Of a stretch of DNA of 64,000 nucleotides, positions 58,206 to 64,000 are shown in pieces. The notes under the pieces were generated by a model. The model searched no databases and had not been told where the DNA came from. It saw only the letters and a program-made list of their open reading frames with translations. Position 1 is the stretch's first letter. Each line of letters starts with the position of its first letter. The stretch is from an uncultured Bacteroidota bacterium (GTDB lineage Bacteria; Bacteroidota; Bacteroidia; Chitinophagales; LD1). A program made the position numbers and the translations under genes. The stretch spans positions 604 to 64,603 of the forward strand of contig CAISWS010000066.1 of the NCBI GenBank assembly GCA_903889265.1, written 5' to 3'.

Positions 58206-59204
58206 TTACCCGGCAGTTTTTATAGCCGTAAATAACTGATTAAGGCAACTATCAACAGAATATATGCCATATCGCTTTTTAATGTTCGTATTATCCGGGG
58301 ATTCATTAAAAAGAAAATGATCAGCGGCTAACTGGATCTTGAGGCCGGATTGCCTGGCCGATTGAACCAACTGAGGGGTATAGGAGCCGTCGGGATAGGC
58401 AAGCTCCTGAATTTCATATTGCACCAGCGATTCTAAATATTTTTTTGACCTTACCAATTCATCTACGGCAACCTGGTGTGGTAAGCTCCCGAGGTTATTA
58501 TGGTAATACCCGTGTGAGCCAATTTTTATATAGGTTGAGTGAGATGTTTCGGCTATCTGCTGGTCGTTCATAAGCTGCCAGTATTCTTTCACTTCCATGT
58601 CATCCTGAAAATGAACATGGTTCGCAAAGGCTTCTTTTACCTTTAGCTTGTATTGGTAATCAGCCCTTTGATGCTTGATTATTTCGTAAATAGATTTGCC
58701 TGAGTCCTGCGAGAAATAGCAGTTACCTTGTTTCCGGAATGTTTCACCATCAATTTTTAACTCGGCGTTGGTAAGAGTGGTAGCTATATTTACAAAATCG
58801 GCCCATAGGATATTGTCATTAACCTCATTAAGGCCGGTGATAAAAAATGTAGCCGGGCACCGGTAATCTTCAAGTACGGGCTTGGCATTCAGGAAATTAT
58901 TAAGGTACCCATCGTCAAACGTAACAGCAAAATTTGGTTTGTCCGGGTCAAACTTTCCATCGGCAAAATCGGTAAGGCTGATAACCGAACAGTACTTTTT
59001 AAGAAAGGCTATTTGTTTACGAAAACAAACAATGCTGGCATGCCTGCTGTTAAACCGCGTACTTCCGGTTTTTGAAACGCCATGATACATCAGGATATAA
59101 TTACCAGATATTTTTTTGGCAATGATACCGCCTAATACCGATCCGGCCACCTGCTCGTTGGCAATACGTTTTACTTTTGAAAAAATTTTGGCGGCAATGG
59201 GCAC
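58206..59204 (-). CDS. polysaccharide deacetylase (NodB-homology) family protein
   Basis: The FAVTFDDGYLNN motif, followed by ATFFITG. Confidence 0.75.
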   Translation of the reverse strand: MPIAAKIFSKVKRIANEQVAGSVLGGIIAKKISGNYILMYHGVSKTGSTRFNSRHASIVCFRKQIAFLKKYCSVISLTDFADGKFDPDKPNFAVTFDDGYLNNFLNAKPVLEDYRCPATFFITGLNEVNDNILWADFVNIATTLTNAELKIDGETFRKQGNCYFSQDSGKSIYEIIKHQRADYQYKLKVKEAFANHVHFQDDMEVKEYWQLMNDQQIAETSHSTYIKIGSHGYYHNNLGSLPHQVAVDELVRSKKYLESLVQYEIQELAYPDGSYTPQLVQSARQSGLKIQLAADHFLFNESPDNTNIKKRYGIYSVDSCLNQLFTAIKTAG

Positions 59205-59269
59205 TTTGTAATTTTATAAAAGTCAGATAAGTGAGCTTTAATCCTGCAGGCAACATTGCCTTTTAATTT

Positions 59270-60199
59270 TCAGATAGTACGCGACAGCAAGGCTGTTTTT
59301 ATTCGCCATAGCTCATCCCTAAACCGAACCTTACTGGTGCCCGGTTTTGATAAGATATACCTGGCATAATAAACCAGGAACTTAACAGGGCTGTGCTTTC
59401 GCAAATAAATAAGTGCGAGCTCATGATACTCCCACCACAGATTTTTTAAAGAATCGTTATACTTAAAATTAAGATACTCATTCATTGCCTTTGTTGTAGA
59501 AACTCCGCTGAGCAGTATGTTTTCTTCGTTTTTTGCATCAAACGCAGCACCGGCGTGCCGCCGGTAAGCCAGGCTTACAATATCAATATATCCGGCTTTG
59601 CCTCTCCTTAACTGCAAAACGTGCAATACCCAGTCCCAATTAATTGAAGAATACATCCAGTTGGGAAATACCGTGGGCTGATCGGCTTTTCTGAACATTT
59701 TGGTATTGTTTGGAATGAGGAGATGATACCGCACATAAGAATCGAGATCAATTTTGGGTAGTGGTTGTTGTGCTGGAGTAAAGAAAAACTCTTTCCTGGA
59801 AGGCTCATTTTCGTAAAAGATATACCCGTTGGTATAACAGATAACGCAATCTGCATTCTGATCCAGATAATCGGCCTGGGCCTGCAACTTATGTTCATCT
59901 GACCAAAAGTCATCGCCCTCCATGATGGCAATATACTGACCCGCACAAGCATTTATGGTGGCCAGCGCGTTTTTTACCATGCCTATGTTCTTTTCCATGA
60001 AAACCGGTTTTATTAACCCGGGGTATTTCAAAGCGTAGTCCGCAACTATTTCGGGTGTCTTGTCAGTAGAACAATCATCCGAAACCACTATTTCAACGCC
60101 AAAATCTACTACCTGCTTGACGATTGAATCTAAACAGGCAGCGATATATTTCTCATGGTTATATGTAATCAGGCTAACACTAACCTTAGGCGGAATCAT
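59270..60199 (-). CDS. glycosyltransferase family 2
   Basis: VSVSLITYNHEKYIAACLDSI, VSDDCSTDKT and EGDDFW (DxD). Confidence 0.85.
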   Translation of the reverse strand: MIPPKVSVSLITYNHEKYIAACLDSIVKQVVDFGVEIVVSDDCSTDKTPEIVADYALKYPGLIKPVFMEKNIGMVKNALATINACAGQYIAIMEGDDFWSDEHKLQAQADYLDQNADCVICYTNGYIFYENEPSRKEFFFTPAQQPLPKIDLDSYVRYHLLIPNNTKMFRKADQPTVFPNWMYSSINWDWVLHVLQLRRGKAGYIDIVSLAYRRHAGAAFDAKNEENILLSGVSTTKAMNEYLNFKYNDSLKNLWWEYHELALIYLRKHSPVKFLVYYARYILSKPGTSKVRFRDELWRIKTALLSRTI

Positions 60200-60495
60200 T
60201 AGCCAAATCTAAATATTTTCAAGCCAGTACCAAATTGCTCAGGTATTGAAAATAGTTGTATGGATGGGCCATTTAAGATGTCTAAACTACTCCTTCAAAA
60301 GGTGTTCATACAATCCGGCTTTTAACTGATGGTCATAATATGAAATGGCCACTACTTAACTTCGCAGGAAGGTTACAGAACCTTCATTTTGCCCAAAACC
60401 CGTAAATAATTGAGGCTTAGCTACTCTTGATTTAACAATTTACCGGAAGGCGAGATAAAAATGACCGAATGGCACGAAATTTAACCAGCTACTTG

Positions 60496-60503
60496 TATAT
60501 TTG
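60496..60503 (+). promoter_or_regulatory. candidate Bacteroidota -7 promoter box for the Gly-rich adhesin gene
   Basis: TATATTTG fits TAnnTTTG and lies about 80 nt upstream of ATG 60585. Confidence 0.3.
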
Positions 60504-60584
60504 CAGGCTGCCAAAAAACATTGCGTACAATGAATAATTCGGCGGCGTCTTTATTTGATTAGTTAAAACAGAATTAATAGCGAT

Positions 60585-63500
60585 ATGCTTAAAAAATTTA
60601 CCCCGCTTATTTTGCTGACAACGCTTCTTTCAGCACAGTTATTTTCCCAATGTTCGGTTAATACCCTTACCGGTAACCAGGTTATAAGCTCGAATGTTAG
60701 CTGGCCGGCCGGCACCTATAACATCAGTGGCGATTTTACCGTTAATGCCGGGGTAGTCCTTACAGTAACTTACAGTGGCAATTGCCCGCTTATTATAAAC
60801 GCAAATAATATCAATATCCTTGGTGTTATAAACGCTAATGGTGCAGGGGCAGCGGGCGGAACCGGAGGCGCTGGTGGCAATAGTGACGGAGGTGCTGGCG
60901 GCGGAACCGATCCATTGGGTGGATCTGGTGGCGGAGTTGGTGCTGGCGTAGGCGGCGGAACCGCAGGTGGGAACGGGGCAAATGCCGGTTCGGGTTGTAG
61001 CATAAGCTGTGGCTTTGCCTGTACCAACGGCCATGATGCATTACGTGCAGGCGCCGGTGGCGGTGCTGGTGGTTCTGGTGGTTCATTTGGTGCTGCCGGA
61101 GGTCCCGGTGGAGTTGGAGCTCAGGGCAGGTATGAAAACCCGGTTACAAATTCTGATTGCGGTTCTACTCCTACACCCGGTAGCGGAGGGGTGTCAAATG
61201 TTGCCCCTGCTGCTTATGGTAATGCCGTTGCTACTTATGATTTACCTAATGGTTCTGGCGGCGGCGGTGGCGGCGGCGGCGGCGGCGGATTTACCGGTGG
61301 TACTACAGGAGGCAGCGGCGGAAATGGCGGTGGCGCTGTGAACCTTGATGCTTCAGGCAATTTGGTAGTATCTGGCTCTATATTGGCGAACGGCACCAGC
61401 GGCGCTGCTGGTGGAGATGGCGGTAGCAGGTCGGGCAACGGAAGCAGCTGGAATTGTACTAATGTTGGCGGTTCAGAAGCATGCGGCGGCGGCGCTAATA
61501 ATGGCCGCGATGCATCTTCTTGTGGAGTTTGCTGTTACTATACCTGGAGCTGGCCCGGGGGCGCTGGTGGCGGTGCCGGTGGTGGTTCAGGTGGTGCAAT
61601 CAAACTTCAGGCCACGGGTGCCATGGCAATTACCGGAACATTGCAGGCCAACGGCGGCAATGGCGGTAGCGCGGGCCATGGCAATACTGCCGATGGAAGC
61701 TGTAATAATTATGCAGCCGGTGGCGGAGCGGGAAGCGGTGGGGTAATTAAGTATGTGTATGACCCCTGCGCTAATAATATCTTTAATCCAACCCAAATAC
61801 AAGCAACACCCGGAACTCCGGGTTTGGGAACCGATGGAAACGTAAGCACAGATACAGCCCATGCCGGAACCATCTATACCCAGCAAACTGATATTTATGT
61901 TCCGGGCTTTACACCATTCACTACATTAACTGCCTATCCAAACCAGGTGCTTTGCGGTGTTGGCCTTACTCCACCAAACGGGCTTAATACATTTGCGGTA
62001 ACCGGCGGCGGCGGGTCTTATCAATATCAGTGGTATTATTCAACCATAACTTCGGTTGGCGATACCGGTGCTGAAACCGGCCCGGCTGCCGGATGGCTGG
62101 CTGTTTCGGGTGGCACATCAGCTTCCCTGCCTGCGGCAACAATTGGTGCTTTAAACCAAACTACCTATTATCAATTGCAAATTTCTTCAGGCCCATGTGC
62201 TACATGGTCAAATGTGGTTACTATCCTGGTTGATTCGCTACCCAAAATCACAAATCTAACTGTAAACAATGTGCTGTGCAATGGCGGAAATACCGGTAAA
62301 ATTGTTGTTACAGCTACCGGCGGAGTACCTGGCTATACTTACTCTTCAGATAGTGGCCTTCTTTATTTTAACTCCATAACAGGTCTTTATCAGGGCACTT
62401 ATAATGTGTTTGTAAAAGATACCAATAATTGCGCTACGCCTTATGCCTCAAACCCGGTAACGGTTAATCAGCCTGCGGCTCTCAACTTTACCGATGTGGT
62501 AACCAAAGCCAATTGCGCAGGCTTATCCAACGGTAAAATTGCGCTTAGCACAACTGGCGGGGTTTCGCCTTATCAGTTTGCTGTTAACGCAGGGAATAAT
62601 CAAACTGACAGCATTTTTACAGGTTTAGCAGCAGGTAATTATCTTGTTTTGGTTACTGATGCCAATGCTTGTCCTGATACAGCTACTATAGCGGTTGGCA
62701 ACACATATGTATTTACGCTTGGTATAGATACACAGACAAATGGATCCTGCTTTGGCGATAGCAACGCCACCGTAACACTTGCAGCTTCGGGCGGTATTCA
62801 TCCATACTCGTATTCATTAAACGGATCCAACCAGGCATCAGGTTATTTTACCGGTTTGCCGCAAGGGTTTTTTGTTGCCACAGCGTCTGACTCTGCAGGC
62901 TGTGCCAGCCAGGTAAACGTTGCTGTAACCCAGGCAGCACAAATGTTGGTGCAGGTGGATGCATTGGTAAATATACCATGTAACAATTCGGCCAAAGGTC
63001 AGGTGTTCGTTTCGCCGGTTGGTGGTAACCCATCTTATACTTACCTGTGGAGCACCGGTGATACCACACAAGGAGACACTGCCCTTACCATAGGAACTTA
63101 TACGGTTACAATAACCGATATCAACCATTGTTCGGCTACTTCTTCCATAAATGTTACCTACGATGCATCTCCCATAACTATAGTAAGCTCAACCAACGTA
63201 ACCGGCTGTTTTGGCAATACCAACGGAAGGGCGTCTGTTTCTGCAACCGGGGGCACTGCACCACTTATATATCAATGGAGCAATGGAGCAACAGATACTG
63301 CAATTGCAAATATTGGCGGCGGCACTTACATCGTTACTGTTTCCGACCTGAACTATTGCAGTAGCGTTGATACCATAGTTATTACCCAACCAGCTGCTAT
63401 TTTGGCCAATCTTGATACTGTTGCGCCAACCTGTGCAGGGTTAAGCAATGGCCTGGCAGGTGTAAGTCCTGCAGGTGGAACACCCGGCTTTACAGTGGCC

Positions 63501-64000
63501 TGGTCAACCACTTCCGGTGCCGATACTATAGTAAATCTGGCAGCCGGCAATTATTCGGTAACTATTACAGATGCCAACAGTTGTTCCCTATCTTTAAGCT
63601 TTGGCCTCAGCCAGCCAGCCGCACTTAATGCAGCCATCACTAGTGTAAACGACTCGTGCTATGGAAGCCCTAACGGCAGTGCAGAGTTTATTGCTACTGG
63701 CGGTACTCTGCCATATTCTTTTGCGTGGAGCAACAGTGCCACTACCGGCAGCTTGAGTAACCTTTCGGCAGGTAGTTACACAGTAACAGTAACCGATGCC
63801 AATATGTGCTCTTCAACCGGTTCGGCAACCATTACGCAACCAACCCAATTGTTCGCCTCAAGTACTTCAACCAACGCTACGGGCGGACAGGATAACGGAA
63901 GTGCCGGTGTCACTAACATTACCGGTGGGGTTTCGCCTTATAGTGTTAGGTGGTCGAATGGACAGGTTTCCAATAACATCACTAACCTGGCAGGGGGCAC
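60585..64000 (+). CDS. large surface adhesin: signal peptide, extremely Gly-rich Cys-containing N-terminal module, then SprB-type repeats (3' end beyond the window)
   Basis: Absent from the ORF track because it has no stop. I translated the frame by hand from ATG 60585 (MLKKFTPLILLTTLLSAQLFSQ) and it stays open to 64000. At least 8 SprB-type repeats start around 62232 (GGTAPLIYQWSNGATD, GGTLPYSFAWSNSATT, VTVTDANMC). Confidence 0.8.
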   Translation, partial: MLKKFTPLILLTTLLSAQLFSQCSVNTLTGNQVISSNVSWPAGTYNISGDFTVNAGVVLTVTYSGNCPLIINANNINILGVINANGAGAAGGTGGAGGNSDGGAGGGTDPLGGSGGGVGAGVGGGTAGGNGANAGSGCSISCGFACTNGHDALRAGAGGGAGGSGGSFGAAGGPGGVGAQGRYENPVTNSDCGSTPTPGSGGVSNVAPAAYGNAVATYDLPNGSGGGGGGGGGGGFTGGTTGGSGGNGGGAVNLDASGNLVVSGSILANGTSGAAGGDGGSRSGNGSSWNCTNVGGSEACGGGANNGRDASSCGVCCYYTWSWPGGAGGGAGGGSGGAIKLQATGAMAITGTLQANGGNGGSAGHGNTADGSCNNYAAGGGAGSGGVIKYVYDPCANNIFNPTQIQATPGTPGLGTDGNVSTDTAHAGTIYTQQTDIYVPGFTPFTTLTAYPNQVLCGVGLTPPNGLNTFAVTGGGGSYQYQWYYSTITSVGDTGAETGPAAGWLAVSGGTSASLPAATIGALNQTTYYQLQISSGPCATWSNVVTILVDSLPKITNLTVNNVLCNGGNTGKIVVTATGGVPGYTYSSDSGLLYFNSITGLYQGTYNVFVKDTNNCATPYASNPVTVNQPAALNFTDVVTKANCAGLSNGKIALSTTGGVSPYQFAVNAGNNQTDSIFTGLAAGNYLVLVTDANACPDTATIAVGNTYVFTLGIDTQTNGSCFGDSNATVTLAASGGIHPYSYSLNGSNQASGYFTGLPQGFFVATASDSAGCASQVNVAVTQAAQMLVQVDALVNIPCNNSAKGQVFVSPVGGNPSYTYLWSTGDTTQGDTALTIGTYTVTITDINHCSATSSINVTYDASPITIVSSTNVTGCFGNTNGRASVSATGGTAPLIYQWSNGATDTAIANIGGGTYIVTVSDLNYCSSVDTIVITQPAAILANLDTVAPTCAGLSNGLAGVSPAGGTPGFTVAWSTTSGADTIVNLAAGNYSVTITDANSCSLSLSFGLSQPAALNAAITSVNDSCYGSPNGSAEFIATGGTLPYSFAWSNSATTGSLSNLSAGSYTVTVTDANMCSSTGSATITQPTQLFASSTSTNATGGQDNGSAGVTNITGGVSPYSVRWSNGQVSNNITNLAGG

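Noticed and set aside
60639-61886. Seven track ORFs on both strands (60639-61034, 60770-61027, 60835-61086, 61009-61341, 61235-61438, 61411-61746, 61587-61886), some Pro-rich or Ala/Val-rich.
   Set aside because: All lie inside the long open frame that starts at 60585. They arise because GGN-codon repeats leave the other frames stop-free. They have no independent start context or recognisable domains.
30867-64000. The two SprB-repeat genes lie in inverted orientation about 26 kb apart, so I considered them as substrates for a large invertible segment.
   Set aside because: The repeats are conserved at the protein-motif level but visibly diverged at the nucleotide level. I saw no long identical inverted DNA stretches and no recombinase gene.
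1-64000. CRISPR arrays, tRNA or rRNA genes, transposases or integrases, prophage genes, a reverse transcriptase with template/variable repeats, toxin-antitoxin pairs, and known defence-system genes.
   Set aside because: I checked every spacer longer than about 60 nt by eye, and all large ORFs have other assignments. None of these features was seen, though a tRNAscan, Rfam or defence-HMM run would be needed to be certain.

Overview
This 64-kb window looks like chromosomal DNA from a Bacteroidota genome, probably Sphingobacteriia or Chitinophagia. I base that on four proteins ending in type-A T9SS sorting domains, SprB-type Cys-bracketed repeats, TAnnTTTG-like promoter boxes, an apparent lack of Shine-Dalgarno sites, and the coaX-porin-lptC and DUF1800/DUF1501 gene arrangements. 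I call 46 CDS, two of them truncated by the window edges. I found no rRNA, tRNA, CRISPR array, transposase, integrase or phage genes.

The left 29 kb is mostly housekeeping: queA, coaX, lptC, rlmN, hemJ, an ECF sigma/anti-sigma pair, a Crp regulator, a GT39 transferase, a rhomboid protease and an AsmA-family protein. Secreted T9SS cargo genes are interspersed among them.

The right 35 kb is a cell-surface region. It holds a 1254-aa SprB-repeat adhesin flanked by two diverged copies of an uncharacterised Trp/Tyr/Gly-rich secreted protein. It then holds purH-purN, a 1882-aa LamG/PKD/CARDB adhesin, and an 11.5-kb glycan-assembly island. The island has 7 glycosyltransferase modules, a WbpB-like dehydrogenase, an AsnB-type amidotransferase and a NodB deacetylase. 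The window ends in an adhesin (>1138 aa) with a very glycine-rich N-terminal module followed by SprB repeats.

The best candidate for something new is the glycan island. It has no flippase, polymerase, export or initiating transferase gene in the window. It contains an unusual tandem-fused double GT4 enzyme. Its right half is AT-richer than the surroundings. It sits directly beside both giant adhesin genes, so it may build a cargo-anchoring or adhesin-modifying glycan.

All functional calls come from motif recognition by eye. No similarity search was possible, so family names should be confirmed with HMM or BLAST searches.
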